A DNA stretch of 32,000 nucleotides, taken from positions 4,290,001 through 4,322,000 of the forward strand of contig NZ_LN831039.1 of assembly GCF_001457595.1 (NCBI RefSeq), written 5' to 3'. Positions 21,302 through 31,300 of the stretch are shown piece after piece (positions within the stretch are counted from its first letter, which is position 1; every line of letters begins with the position of its first letter). Source of the DNA: Mycolicibacterium smegmatis. GTDB lineage: Bacteria > Actinomycetota > Actinomycetes > Mycobacteriales > Mycobacteriaceae. The translations under genes were made by a program, and so were the position numbers. Below the pieces are notes generated by a model. It was not told the DNA's origin and made no database searches. It saw only the letters and a list, made by a program, of their open reading frames with translations.

Positions 21302-22373
21302 CGACGGCCGTCAGCCACTCGCCGTAGAACAGGGCCACGCCCAGACCACACGCGATGGCCGTCAGCAGCCAGAACCGGATGATCACCTGCGTCTCGGCCC
21401 ATCCCACCAGCTCGAAGTGGTGGTGGAACGGGGCCATGCGGAACACGCGGCGCCCGGTCGTGCGGAACGCCAGGATCTGGACCACCACCGAGGTGACCTC
21501 TGCGACGAACAGCGCACCCAGCACGACCGCGAGGATCTCGGTGCGGCTGGTGACCGAGATGCCCGCGATGATGCCGCCGAGCGCGAGCGATCCGGTGTCG
21601 CCCATGAAGATCTTGGCCGGCGCGGCGTTCCACCACAGGAAGCCCACGCACGCTCCTGCCGTCGCGGCAGCGACAAGTGCGAGGTCCAGCGGGTCGCGCA
21701 CGTTGTAACAGCCCAGGCCCGGCGCCGTCGCGCACGCGTTGCGGTACTGCCAGAACGTGATCAGCACGTATGCCGCCGTGACCATCGCCATCGCGCCCGC
21801 CGCGAGCCCGTCGAGACCGTCGGTGAAATTCACCGCGTTGGACCAGGCGCTGACCACCACGACGCAGAACAGCACGAACAAGGCCGGGGCCAGCGTGACC
21901 GTGGCGATCTCACGCACATAGGACAGCTCGGCGCTGCCCGGTGTCAGGCCGTCGCCGTTGCGGAACTGCAACGCCAGCACACCGAACAGCACCGCGGCGA
22001 ACAACTGCCCGACCGTCTTGGCGGTCTTGTTCAGCCCCAGGTTGCGGGCGCGCTTGAGCTTGATCATGTCGTCGATGAAGCCGACGCCACCGAGCACGGT
22101 CGCCAGCCCGAGCACCAGCAGGCCCGACGCGGACGGCCCGTCGCCGCCCATCGCCATGCCGACCAGATGGCTGCCCAGGTAGCCGGCCCAGATGCCGGCG
22201 AGGATCGCGACGCCGCCCATCGACGGTGTGCCGCGTTTCTTGGCGTGGCTGGGCGGCCCGTCCTCCCGGATCTCGTGGCCCAGGCCCTGTTTGGTGAACA
22301 GCCGGATCAGGGCGGGCGTCAGCAGGATGGAGACCGCAAGCGCGATGCCGACGGCGATGAGGATCAGCATCAT
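21294..22373 (-). CDS. mraY: Phospho-N-acetylmuramoyl-pentapeptide-transferase MraY (MurX)
   Basis: '[26 protein letters not shown]', '[15 protein letters not shown]', '[14 protein letters not shown]', '[25 protein letters not shown]'. Confidence 0.99.
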   Translation of the reverse strand: MMLILIAVGIALAVSILLTPALIRLFTKQGLGHEIREDGPPSHAKKRGTPSMGGVAILAGIWAGYLGSHLVGMAMGGDGPSASGLLVLGLATVLGGVGFIDDMIKLKRARNLGLNKTAKTVGQLFAAVLFGVLALQFRNGDGLTPGSAELSYVREIATVTLAPALFVLFCVVVVSAWSNAVNFTDGLDGLAAGAMAMVTAAYVLITFWQYRNACATAPGLGCYNVRDPLDLALVAAATAGACVGFLWWNAAPAKIFMGDTGSLALGGIIAGISVTSRTEILAVVLGALFVAEVTSVVVQILAFRTTGRRVFRMAPFHHHFELVGWAETQVIIRFWLLTAIACGLGVALFYGEWLTAVGA

Positions 22374-23899
22374 CGCGCCGGGGTCCGTCCCTCGGTGTGC
22401 CCCTCACCGGCCACCAGGGCCTCGGCCAGGGCACCCAGGCCAACGGAGTTGGACGCCTTCACCAACACCACGTCCCCCGGCTGCAGCTCATCCCGTAGCA
22501 CGGTCAACGCGGCGTCGGCGTCGGCGACCATGGTGGACTCCGAACCCCAGGATCCCTCCATCACCGCGCCATGGTGCATGGCATTCATAGCCCTCCCGGA
22601 TCCCACGACGAGTAATCGAGAGACATCTAAGCGCACGGCGAATCGACCGATCGCGTCGTGCTCGGTTATGGCGTCGTCGCCGAGTTCGGCCATCTCGCCG
22701 AGCACGGCCCAACTGCGCCGCTTGCCGCCGGGTTGTCCGCCGGCCGTCTGCCTGGCCATCCAGGCGAGAGCCTTGAGCCCGGCCCGCATGGAATCCGGGT
22801 TCGCGTTGTAGGCGTCGTTGATCACCGTGACACCGTCGGCGCGCGTGCTGACCTGCATGCGGTGCCGCGACGCGGGTCCCGCCGCGGCGAGCGCGTCGGC
22901 CACCTGCTGCGGTGTCGCGCCGCACTCGAGCGCGACGGCGGCCGCGCACAGCGCATTGGACACCTGGTGGTCGCCGTGCACCGCGAGGTTCACGTCGACC
23001 TCGCCGTCGCGCGTGTGCAGCGTGAAGCGCGGCCGCGCGAGTTCGTCGAGCGTGACCGGACCCGCCCACACGTCGATGTCCGAGCCCGGGTCCCGCGAGA
23101 TCCGCACCACCCGTGCGTCGGTCTGCTCGGCCATCGCGGCCACCGCGATGTCGTCGGCGTTGAGGATCACCACACCCGAGGGCCCGACGGCCTGCGGGAG
23201 TTCGGCCTTGGTCTTGGCGATCGCCTCGCGTGAGCCGAACTCGCCGAGGTGCGCGGTGCCGACGTTGAGCACCACCGCGACCGACGGCGGCGCGATCGCG
23301 GCCAGTGCGGCGATGTTGCCGGGGTGTCGGGCCGACATCTCCAACACCAGGAAATCGGTATCGCGCGTCGCGCGCAGCACGGTCCACGGATGGCCCAGTT
23401 CGTTGTTGAACGATCCCGGTGGTGCGACCACCTCTCCGAGCGGGGCCAGGACCGCCGCGAGCAGATCCTTGGTGGACGTCTTGCCCGATGACCCCGTGAC
23501 GCCGATGATCTTGAGCCCGTCGGCGGCGAGTTCGTTCGCGACGGCCGCGGCGAGTCGCGCGAGCGCCGCCAGCACGGCGGCCCCGGAACCGTCCGTGTCG
23601 TGTTCGAGCGCGCCCGAGGCCGAGTCGACCCCGCCGTCGGGGCGCACGACGATCGCGGGCACGCCCACGGGCCGCGCGGCCAGCACCGCGACCGCGCCCG
23701 ACTGTACGGCGGCCGCGGCGAAGTCGTGTCCGTCCGACCGTGCGCCCGGCAGCGCCAGGAACAACCCGCCGGGTCCGACCGCGCGCGAGTCGAATTCGAC
23801 CGTGCCGGTCACGTGGGTCGCGGCCGCCTGCTCGGGGGTGATGTCGGCCAGTTCACCGCCGACGATCTCGGCGATGCGCGCGATGGTCATGTCGATCAT
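22370..23899 (-). CDS. murF: UDP-N-acetylmuramoyl-tripeptide--D-alanyl-D-alanine ligase MurF
   Basis: '[22 protein letters not shown]', '[15 protein letters not shown]', '[20 protein letters not shown]'. Confidence 0.98.
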   Translation of the reverse strand: MIDMTIARIAEIVGGELADITPEQAAATHVTGTVEFDSRAVGPGGLFLALPGARSDGHDFAAAAVQSGAVAVLAARPVGVPAIVVRPDGGVDSASGALEHDTDGSGAAVLAALARLAAAVANELAADGLKIIGVTGSSGKTSTKDLLAAVLAPLGEVVAPPGSFNNELGHPWTVLRATRDTDFLVLEMSARHPGNIAALAAIAPPSVAVVLNVGTAHLGEFGSREAIAKTKAELPQAVGPSGVVILNADDIAVAAMAEQTDARVVRISRDPGSDIDVWAGPVTLDELARPRFTLHTRDGEVDVNLAVHGDHQVSNALCAAAVALECGATPQQVADALAAAGPASRHRMQVSTRADGVTVINDAYNANPDSMRAGLKALAWMARQTAGGQPGGKRRSWAVLGEMAELGDDAITEHDAIGRFAVRLDVSRLLVVGSGRAMNAMHHGAVMEGSWGSESTMVADADAALTVLRDELQPGDVVLVKASNSVGLGALAEALVAGEGHTEGRTPAR

Positions 23900-25458
23900 G
23901 AACTTCGGTCCCTTGTTTTCCCCGAGGCTTCCAGTGCGGCGGCCAGTTCGTCCCGGTCGTCGAACGGCCGCGTGTGGTCCCCGACGGTCTGCCCGCTCTC
24001 ATGGCCTTTACCCGCGATCAGCACGATGTCACCCGGCTGCGCCCACGCCACCGCGTGGTCGATGGCCGCGCGCCGGTCACCGATCTCGACGATCTCGGCG
24101 TCCGACGCGACCGCGCGGGCGCCCGCGAGGATCGCCGACCGGATCGTGGCGGGGTCCTCGCTGCGCGGGTTGTCGTCGGTGACCACCACCAGGTCGGCCA
24201 GTTCCGCGGTGACGCGGCCCATCGGTTCGCGCTTGCCGGGATCGCGGTCGCCGCCCGCGCCGAAGACCACCGCGATGCGACGCGGTTCGGCCGCGCGCAG
24301 CGTCTCGAGCACAGCCTGCAGCGCGCCGGGTTTGTGCGCGTAGTCGACGAGGGCCAGGAAATCCTGGCCGAGGTCGATCGATTCCAGCCGTCCTGGCACC
24401 GTCGCGGTCCGCAGACCCGGGGCGGCCTGCTCGGGCGACACCCCGACCGCGTCGAGCAGTGCGACGGCCAGCGCGGCGTTGGCGACGTTGTAGCGGCCGG
24501 GCAACCCGACGCCCAGTTGGTGGTGCATGCCGCCGGGGTCGACGAGGACGAACTCCTGTGCGCCCGGGCCCGCCGTGGTGATCTTCTCGACGCGCCAATC
24601 GGCGGCGGCGCCCGAGGTGCTCACGGTCAGGGGTGTCTCGGCGCGCGCGGCCATCTGCACGCCGTACTGGTCGTCGACGCAGATCACCGCGGCCGCAGCA
24701 TGGTTGGGCGACTGCGGGTCGAACAGCCGGGCCTTGGCCTCGAAGTAGTCCGCCATCGTCGGATGGAAGTCGAGATGGTCACGCGAGAGGTTGGTGAAGC
24801 CCCCGACCGCGAAGCCGATGCCGTCGACGCGGCCCTGCGCCAGCGCGTGGCTCGACACCTCCATGACGACGGTGTCGACACCGCGCTCGACCATGAGCGC
24901 CAGCAGCGCCTGAAGTGCGGGCGCCTCCGGGGTGGTCAGCGCGCTGGGCAGATCGGTGCCGTCGATGCGCACGCCGACGGTGCCGATGAGCCCCGCGACG
25001 CGTCCCGCGGCCCGCAGGCCGGCCTCGGCCAGGTAGGTGGTGGTGGTCTTGCCGGACGTTCCCGTGACGCCGACCACGCGCAGTCGTTCGGCGGGACGGC
25101 CGTAGACGATCGCGGCGGCCTCGCCGAGCACCGAGCGCGGCGCGGGATGCACCAGCACGGGGACGTCCAGGGTGCCCGCGAGGAGGTCTGCGCCCGACGG
25201 GTCGGTGAGCACGGCGACCGCACCCGCGGCGACCGCGTCGGCCGCGAAACGCGCGCCGTGTGCACTCGCGCCCGGCAGCGCCGCGAACAGATCACCCGGC
25301 TGCGCGTCCTGACCGCGCAGCGTCACGCCGGTGACGTGCACCGCGGCGAGGTCGGACGACGAGCCTGCAGGGTTCTCGGAGGCGACCGCTCCGACCGCGG
25401 CAGCCAGTGGTGCGAGGTGATGGCCGACGGGACGGCTGGGACGCAGCTTCATGGCCAT
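23896..25458 (-). CDS. murE: UDP-N-acetylmuramoyl-L-alanyl-D-glutamate--2,6-diaminopimelate ligase MurE
   Basis: '[25 protein letters not shown]', '[29 protein letters not shown]', '[16 protein letters not shown]' (DNPR meso-DAP motif). Confidence 0.98.
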   Translation of the reverse strand: MAMKLRPSRPVGHHLAPLAAAVGAVASENPAGSSSDLAAVHVTGVTLRGQDAQPGDLFAALPGASAHGARFAADAVAAGAVAVLTDPSGADLLAGTLDVPVLVHPAPRSVLGEAAAIVYGRPAERLRVVGVTGTSGKTTTTYLAEAGLRAAGRVAGLIGTVGVRIDGTDLPSALTTPEAPALQALLALMVERGVDTVVMEVSSHALAQGRVDGIGFAVGGFTNLSRDHLDFHPTMADYFEAKARLFDPQSPNHAAAAVICVDDQYGVQMAARAETPLTVSTSGAAADWRVEKITTAGPGAQEFVLVDPGGMHHQLGVGLPGRYNVANAALAVALLDAVGVSPEQAAPGLRTATVPGRLESIDLGQDFLALVDYAHKPGALQAVLETLRAAEPRRIAVVFGAGGDRDPGKREPMGRVTAELADLVVVTDDNPRSEDPATIRSAILAGARAVASDAEIVEIGDRRAAIDHAVAWAQPGDIVLIAGKGHESGQTVGDHTRPFDDRDELAAALEASGKTRDRSS

Positions 25459-25504
25459 GCAACAGTACCCATCGGCGATCTCGGACGCCCCGAGGCAGGT
25501 GCGG

Positions 25505-27451
25505 TCAGGTGGCCTGCAATGTCAACGGCGGACCGGGATCAGGCGAGAGCGGAACGTTGTGCCGCTGCAACAGCCACGACGCGATCTCGTGGAACAACGG
25601 CGCCGCCGAGGAGCCCGGCGATCCGTCGGCCGCGCGCTGCGGCGCGTCCATCATGATGCCGATCACGTACCTCGGATCGTCCGCGGGCGCGATACCCGCG
25701 AACGTGATCCAGTAGACGTCGTCGTAGTAGCAGCCGCACGCGGGGTTGATCTGCTGCGCGGTGCCGGTCTTGCCTGCGATCTGGTAGCCCTCGACCGCGG
25801 CCTGCGGACCGGTGCCCTGCTGCACACCCATCGGATCGCGCTGCACCACCGAACGGAACATCGAGCGCAGGGTGCGGGCGGTCTCCGGGCTGATCACCCG
25901 GATGCCTTCCGGCCGTTCCTCTTCGGTGACCGTGCCGTCAGGCGCGATGGTGGACTTGATGATCCGCGGCGGCACGCGCACGCCGTCGTTGGCGACGGTC
26001 TGGTACATCGCGGCCATCTGCAGCAGCGTCATCGAAAGCCCCTGCCCGATGGGCAGGTTGGAGAACGAGCTGCCCGACCACTGGTCGATCGGCGGCAGCA
26101 GTCCGGAGCTCTCGCCGGGCAGGCCGACGTTGGTACGCTGACCCAGCCCGAACTTGCGCAGCATCTCGTAGAACCGCTCGGGGCCGACGCGCTGCGCGAG
26201 CATGAGCGTGCCGACGTTGGACGACTTCCCGAAGACACCCGTGGTGGTGTACGGCATCACGCCGTGGTTCCACGCGTCGCGCACGGTGACACCGCCCATG
26301 TGGATCGAGCCGGGGACCTGCAGCACCTCGTCGGGGTTGGTCAGCCCGTTCTCGATCGCCGCCGCGGCGGTAACGATCTTGTTCACCGATCCGGGTTCGA
26401 ACGGCGAGGACACCGACGGATTGCCCATCTGCCGGTCGGCCTGGCGGCCGATGTCCTGACTCGGGTCGAACGTGTTGTCGTTCGACATCGCCAGCACCTC
26501 ACCGGTTTTGGCGTCGAGCACCACGGCCGAGACGTTCTTGGCGCCGGACGCATCCTTCGCCATCTGGACCTGCTGCTGCACGTGGTACTGGATGTCGTCG
26601 TCGATGGTCAGCTGGACCGTCGAGCCGTCGACCGCGTCGTGGCGGTTGCGGTAACTGCCGGGGATCACGACACCATCGGACCCGCGGTCGTAGGTCACCG
26701 AACCGTCGGTGCCCGCGAGCACGGCATCCAGCGAGTCCTCCAGGCCCAGCAGGCCGTGGCCGTCCCAGTCGATGCCGCCGATGATGTTGGCCGCGAGCGA
26801 TCCGCCCGGGTACTGGCGCAGATCCTGTCGCTCCGAACCGACTTCGGGGAACTTGTCGGTGATCGCGTTGGCGATCGCGGGGTCGACCGCACGCGCGAGG
26901 TAGACGAAGGTCTCGTTGCTCTTGAGCTTCTTGAGCACGGTCTTGGCGTCCGGCGTGTTGTTCAGCCGTGCGGCAATCTCTTTGGCGATCTCGTTGAGCC
27001 GCTCGTCGGGGTTCGGCACGTCATCTGAGGTCGACGAGCCGGCCTCCTGGGCCTTGCGCCAGGCCTCGTCGAGCTGCTTGCGCACCCGGGTCGGCTGGAA
27101 CGTCAGCGCCCTGGCCTCGATGGTGAACGCCAGCTTGTCGTTGTTGCGATCGATGATGCTGCCGCGGATTGCCGGCGTGATGTCGGTGACCTTGAGCTGG
27201 CTGGCCGCCTCGGCGCGCAGACCGGCCGCACGCGGCACCTGCAGCATGAACAACTGCACGGCGGCGATCACCAGCACCGCGAGGATCGCGAGGTTTCCGG
27301 TGCGGTGCCGGAACACGAAAGACGAACTGCGCAAACCGGCTTCGGCCTCGGACACGCGGGTACGCCGGGTCCGCGCCGACCGCGGCTGGTCCACCCGCGC
27401 CTTCTTGCGCGGTTGTGCAGGCGTCCGCGGACGGTCGCCCCGCCGGCTCAT
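25505..27451 (-). CDS. pbpB: Septal transpeptidase PbpB (FtsI, class B PBP)
   Basis: '[15 protein letters not shown]', '[10 protein letters not shown]' (SxxK-type region), 'SSNVG', '[13 protein letters not shown]' (KTG box). Confidence 0.97.
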   Translation of the reverse strand: MSRRGDRPRTPAQPRKKARVDQPRSARTRRTRVSEAEAGLRSSSFVFRHRTGNLAILAVLVIAAVQLFMLQVPRAAGLRAEAASQLKVTDITPAIRGSIIDRNNDKLAFTIEARALTFQPTRVRKQLDEAWRKAQEAGSSTSDDVPNPDERLNEIAKEIAARLNNTPDAKTVLKKLKSNETFVYLARAVDPAIANAITDKFPEVGSERQDLRQYPGGSLAANIIGGIDWDGHGLLGLEDSLDAVLAGTDGSVTYDRGSDGVVIPGSYRNRHDAVDGSTVQLTIDDDIQYHVQQQVQMAKDASGAKNVSAVVLDAKTGEVLAMSNDNTFDPSQDIGRQADRQMGNPSVSSPFEPGSVNKIVTAAAAIENGLTNPDEVLQVPGSIHMGGVTVRDAWNHGVMPYTTTGVFGKSSNVGTLMLAQRVGPERFYEMLRKFGLGQRTNVGLPGESSGLLPPIDQWSGSSFSNLPIGQGLSMTLLQMAAMYQTVANDGVRVPPRIIKSTIAPDGTVTEEERPEGIRVISPETARTLRSMFRSVVQRDPMGVQQGTGPQAAVEGYQIAGKTGTAQQINPACGCYYDDVYWITFAGIAPADDPRYVIGIMMDAPQRAADGSPGSSAAPLFHEIASWLLQRHNVPLSPDPGPPLTLQAT

Positions 27452-28590
27452 GCGACCGGGGCGACGGCCGGGCTGAAGTGCTCGACAGCCGTCGCAGGGT
27501 CGGGAACAGCGGGCTGGGCTCCCGGCAGGGCACCGAGCGGCGCACCTTGCGGCACGGCGCCGGGCAGCGGGGCGGGTGCCGGAACCTGCTGGGGTGCAGG
27601 AGTGTTCACCAGCGGCGCGGCCTGCTGGGGCGCCTGTGGCGTCGCCAACGGCACCTCGGCCGGTACCGGCATGGGCACCGCCATCGGCGCGGGCCCGGTC
27701 AGCGGGCCGATCACGGGTCCGGGGGCCTGGGGTTGCGCACCCGGCGCGACGTGCGGGGTCTCCCCCGGCACCGCGCCGGGAACACCCTGCACCGCTCCGG
27801 GGATCCCCGGAGCGGCCTGGATACCCGGCAGCCCCTGGAGGCCGGGGGCTTCGGGAACCCGAATCGGCACCTCACGAGGTTCGACGACGCGCGGCGCCGG
27901 CGGGGCGGGCGGCGGCGGTGGGGCGTCCGGGGGCAGCGGCGCGTTCAGCGGCGGTGGCGGAACACCTTCTGCGGGTTTGGGTGTGCCGACCACCACCCAG
28001 TTGCCCGTGGGATCCTGCACCAGGTGCGCGGTGTCACGTGACGGGATCATGCCCAGGTTGCGGGCCGCCTCGGCCAGCGCGGGGGCGGCCTGCGCCTCGA
28101 GCACGTCGCGCTCGAGGGCCTCTTTCTGTTGCAGCAGGCCCTGATTCACCTGGCGCGCGTGCCCCAGTTGGTACGAACGCTCGGCGGCACTGGTCGACAA
28201 CCACAGTGTGATGCCGAGTCCGAGGCCCAGGGCGGCGATCACGAGCACCACGAACGGGACGCGCGCGACGAGCTCGCGCGGATTCAGTTCGATCGACGAC
28301 AGCCGCAGCAGGATGCGTTCACGCAGCGGCGGCCGGACAACCTTGGGCGCCTTGGCCTTACGGGCCTTCGCACGTGCCTTGGCCTGGCTTGCGGTCTTGG
28401 GCCGCGCGGGCTCGGTCTTCTGCCGCGGGATCGGCCCGGTCTGCGGCGCCGAGCGCAGCGGGCGCTGCGGTTCCCGGCTCGGCCTGCGCTTGCGCGGCGG
28501 CGCCTCGGCACTCCCCCGCGCGACCCCCGGCTGACGCTTACCGCGCCTGCGGTCGGCGTCACGGACCGGTCCTGGTCGCTTCGCCTTCAT
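27448..28590 (-). CDS. ftsL: FtsL-like divisome protein with a long proline-rich C-terminal extension
   Basis: Basic N-terminus, a single TM 'VPFVVLVIAALGLGLGITLWL', short coiled coil 'VNQGLLQQKEALERDVLEAQ', 'NLGMIP', then about 220 aa of P/A/G/V-rich sequence. Sits between rsmH and pbpB, the canonical ftsL position. Confidence 0.88.
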   Translation of the reverse strand: MKAKRPGPVRDADRRRGKRQPGVARGSAEAPPRKRRPSREPQRPLRSAPQTGPIPRQKTEPARPKTASQAKARAKARKAKAPKVVRPPLRERILLRLSSIELNPRELVARVPFVVLVIAALGLGLGITLWLSTSAAERSYQLGHARQVNQGLLQQKEALERDVLEAQAAPALAEAARNLGMIPSRDTAHLVQDPTGNWVVVGTPKPAEGVPPPPLNAPLPPDAPPPPPAPPAPRVVEPREVPIRVPEAPGLQGLPGIQAAPGIPGAVQGVPGAVPGETPHVAPGAQPQAPGPVIGPLTGPAPMAVPMPVPAEVPLATPQAPQQAAPLVNTPAPQQVPAPAPLPGAVPQGAPLGALPGAQPAVPDPATAVEHFSPAVAPVA

Positions 28591-29753
28591 CAGCTGCCCC
28601 TTCCCCCAACCTTTTCAAGTGCTCGCAGTCGCACCGGGGCGCTACGTGGATTTCGCTCGATCTCTTGTTCGTCGGCGCGCTCGGCGCCGCGGGTGACGGC
28701 CACGAATTCCGGTTCGTGGCCCGGTAGTTCCATGGGCAGGCCGGGCGGCGTCCGTGACGCGGTGACCGTGCTGAAGGCCTGCTTGACGATGCGGTCCTCC
28801 AGCGACTGGTAGGCCATCACCACGATCCGGCCACCGGGACGCAACGCCGCCAGCGCGGCAGGTATGGCCGCGCGCAGCGAATCGAGTTCGGCGTTCACCG
28901 CTATCCGCAGGGCCTGGAAGGTGCGCTTGGCCGGATGGCCGCCGGTGCGCCGCGCGGGAGCGGGGATCGCCTCGTACAACAACTCGACGAGTTCGGAGGT
29001 CGTGGTGAACGGCTGCTTGGCACGTCGGCGCACGATCTTGTCGGCGATGCGGCCGGCGAACCGTTCCTCGCCGTAGTCGCGCAGGATTCGGGTGAGCGTC
29101 TTCGCGTCGTAGGTGTTGACGATCTCGGCGGCGGTGAGCAGCGCGTCGGGGTCCATCCGCATGTCCAGCGGTGCGTCCGCGGAGTACGAGAAGCCCCGCT
29201 GTTTCTGGTCGAGCTGCATCGACGACACGCCGAGGTCGAACAACACGCCGTCGATCCGGCGGACACCGGCTTCGGCGAGGGCGGACGTGATGCCGTCGTA
29301 GCGCGTGCGGACCAGCGTCACCCGGTCGCCGAACGGAGCGAGCCGGTCACCGGCGATCGCCAGCGCATTGGGGTCCCGGTCGAGTCCGATGAGGCGCAGC
29401 GCCGGGAAGTCGGTGAGGAACCGCTCCGAGTGACCGCCGGCTCCGAGGGTCGCGTCGACGAGCACCGCTTCGGTGCCGTCGGGATCGGTACGCGTCAGGG
29501 CAGGGGCGAGCAGTTCGACGCAACGGTCCAAGAGAACCGGGATATGTCCGTGATCCGGATCGTTCGTCACTGAACACACCTCCGCAACGTCTCCGCACTG
29601 GACCGCCCCTGCACCGGGGTCTCTGTCCGAATCAACGGACCTGGCGTTGGGGAAGTACGCCAGGGCCAATTCGGGCAGAGGCCGCGTTGCACGGGCTAGG
29701 TCCAGGCCCACCTGGTGAAAGGTCGCATCAGATGATGTCGCGCAGAGTTTCAT
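28590..29753 (-). CDS. rsmH: 16S rRNA (cytosine1402-N4)-methyltransferase RsmH (MraW)
   Basis: '[15 protein letters not shown]', '[17 protein letters not shown]', '[14 protein letters not shown]', '[21 protein letters not shown]', '[18 protein letters not shown]'. The N-terminal start is uncertain (see findings). Confidence 0.97.
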   Translation of the reverse strand: MKLCATSSDATFHQVGLDLARATRPLPELALAYFPNARSVDSDRDPGAGAVQCGDVAEVCSVTNDPDHGHIPVLLDRCVELLAPALTRTDPDGTEAVLVDATLGAGGHSERFLTDFPALRLIGLDRDPNALAIAGDRLAPFGDRVTLVRTRYDGITSALAEAGVRRIDGVLFDLGVSSMQLDQKQRGFSYSADAPLDMRMDPDALLTAAEIVNTYDAKTLTRILRDYGEERFAGRIADKIVRRRAKQPFTTTSELVELLYEAIPAPARRTGGHPAKRTFQALRIAVNAELDSLRAAIPAALAALRPGGRIVVMAYQSLEDRIVKQAFSTVTASRTPPGLPMELPGHEPEFVAVTRGAERADEQEIERNPRSAPVRLRALEKVGGRGS

Positions 29754-30159
29754 CGGTGGCCGCGGAGAAGTTCTCTTCGTGGGCTTGCTGGTACTCCTGC
29801 CAGGCTTGTGCGTCCCAGATCTCCAGGTAGTCGACGGAGCCGATCACCACGCAGTCCTTGGAGAGGTTCGCGTAGCGACGGTGATCCGCCGACAGCGTGA
29901 TACGGCCCTGCGCATCGGGATGCTGCTCGTCGGTTGCGGCGGCCAGGCTGCGCAGGAAGGCGCGTGCCTCCGGATTGCTCCGGGAAGCCTGCGACGCACG
30001 CCGGGCCAGTTTCTCGAACTCATCGCGGGGATACACGGCAAGGCTGTGATCTTGGCTCTTGGTGACCATCAACCCTCCTGCCAGTGCGTCGCGAAATTTG
30101 GCGGGCAGTGTGAGCCGCCCCTTGTCATCGAGCTTGGGCGTGTAGGTACCCAGGAACAC
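29728..30159 (-). CDS. mraZ: Transcriptional regulator MraZ
   Basis: GTG at 30159 gives (V)[25 protein letters not shown]...SSRRFAxx-type repeat '[48 protein letters not shown]', with the two SpoVT/AbrB halves. The ORF start at 30264 is too far upstream. Confidence 0.97.
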   Translation of the reverse strand: MFLGTYTPKLDDKGRLTLPAKFRDALAGGLMVTKSQDHSLAVYPRDEFEKLARRASQASRSNPEARAFLRSLAAATDEQHPDAQGRITLSADHRRYANLSKDCVVIGSVDYLEIWDAQAWQEYQQAHEENFSAATDETLRDII

Positions 30160-30230
30160 CTGAGCCACCTCCCGCCACCCGGTTCGGATTCCGAGTCGCT
30201 TCGCCCTCCCCGAACGGGGTTCCGATCTCC

Positions 30231-30274
30231 CCGTCGACCGCCACTTTACCCCACGATCCCCCACTTTGCTCCAT
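30231..30274 (-). promoter_or_regulatory. 10-bp-phased GTGG direct-repeat array upstream of mraZ, a likely MraZ-box array
   Basis: On the minus strand: ATGG AGCAAA GTGG GGGATC GTGG GGTAAA GTGG CGGTCG ACGG, in exact 10-bp register (complements at 30271, 30261, 30251, 30241, 30231), about 70-115 nt upstream of the mraZ start. Confidence 0.75.
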
Positions 30275-30400
30275 TTGGCGCCACCGATTGGCGATTCCGC
30301 CCCACGTTCACCCCCTTCCGCACCACTCCGCAGGCGGAGTTTCGGGTGAGAAGTTGCGAGGTTGCGATAAACCCGCAGGTGAGAGCGCCCGCGACTGCGG

Positions 30401-30427
30401 TGGGGCGAAGTGGGGGCGAAAGTGGGG
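30401..30427 (+). repeat. TGGGG array (three copies), orientation opposite to the proximal array
   Basis: TGGGGCGAAG TGGGGGCGAAAG TGGGG, with copies starting at 30401, 30411 and 30423. Confidence 0.6.
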
Positions 30428-30532
30428 ACGCTGCCGAATCGTTATCCAGCACGACGCGACACGGCCCCGAAAAACTGCGCTGGGCGTCGCTCCGGCGTGT
30501 CGCCGGGCGCTTCGAGGGGCCGATTCACGGAC

Positions 30533-30582
30533 GGGTGGGGCCGGGTGGGGCGACCCGTGGGGAAAGGTGGGGAGAGTCGGGG
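30533..30582 (+). repeat. G-rich TGGGG repeat array with an embedded G-quadruplex motif
   Basis: GGGTGGGGCCGGGTGGGGCGACCCGTGGGGAAAGGTGGGGAGAGTCGGGG. TGGGG starts at 30536, 30546, 30558 and 30568, with TCGGGG following. Confidence 0.6.
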
Positions 30583-30681
30583 ACGTTCACCATGCTCGGG
30601 CGCGCAGACCCGGACGCCATCGAGGGCATGAAAAAGGGGCAGCCCTCGCGGACCACCCCTGAGCCGTTGGCGCCTTGCCGG

Positions 30682-31083
30682 TCAGTTGTCGAAGCGCCGG
30701 CGGAAACGGTCTTCCATGCGGTTGGTGAACGACCCACCGCCGCGCTGCTTGCGCTGTCGTGTCGGACCGGACGGCGCCGAGGACTTGTCGACGCCACCGG
30801 CGACGCGCGGGCCGGTGATGGCGAACACCACGCCGCCGAACATCACGATGAAACCTATGACCGAGAGGATCGGGAATCCGCCGATCATCAAAGCCTTGAC
30901 TGCGACACCGGTGACCAGCATCGCCAGACCGAGAACGAACAAACCCGCGCCGTAGATCCTGCGACGCGCCGAGGGCGCGCGTAGAGTCCCACCCCGAACG
31001 CTCGACGCGAACTTGGGATCCTCGGCATAGAGCGCGCTCTCGATCTGATCGAGCATGCGCTGCTCATGATCGGAGAGTGGCAT
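30682..31083 (-). CDS. DUF3040 family membrane protein
   Basis: ATG at 31083 (MPLSDHEQRMLDQIESALYAEDPKFASSVRG...), which is the DUF3040 signature, followed by two TM helices. Confidence 0.93.
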   Translation of the reverse strand: MPLSDHEQRMLDQIESALYAEDPKFASSVRGGTLRAPSARRRIYGAGLFVLGLAMLVTGVAVKALMIGGFPILSVIGFIVMFGGVVFAITGPRVAGGVDKSSAPSGPTRQRKQRGGGSFTNRMEDRFRRRFDN

Positions 31084-31300
31084 TCGTCCCTCCTTGCCGA
31101 CGCGACCGTCGCTCCGTAAATGTCCACCGGTGCCCGCCATTACGGACACCTAACAATAATGATACGAGGTCGATCCGAGCCGTACCACCTTGTTCAGCAT
31201 CGATTGTAGGCGTTCGCTGGGAGTGTGACGGCCATCCGCCCAGCCTGATAATGGCTCCAGATAATGAGTAGGGCAGGACTCACATGAGCGCACACCCCGT

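Noticed and set aside
21120-22811. 563-aa plus-strand ORF antisense to mraY/murF
   Set aside because: No plausible protein family and fully opposite conserved essential genes.
23974-25656. 560-aa plus-strand ORF antisense to murE
   Set aside because: Arg/His/Gly-rich low-information translation opposite a clear murE. GC-rich shadow frame.
25451-27028. 525-aa plus-strand ORF antisense to pbpB
   Set aside because: Same reasoning: no domain signature, fully covered by pbpB on the other strand.
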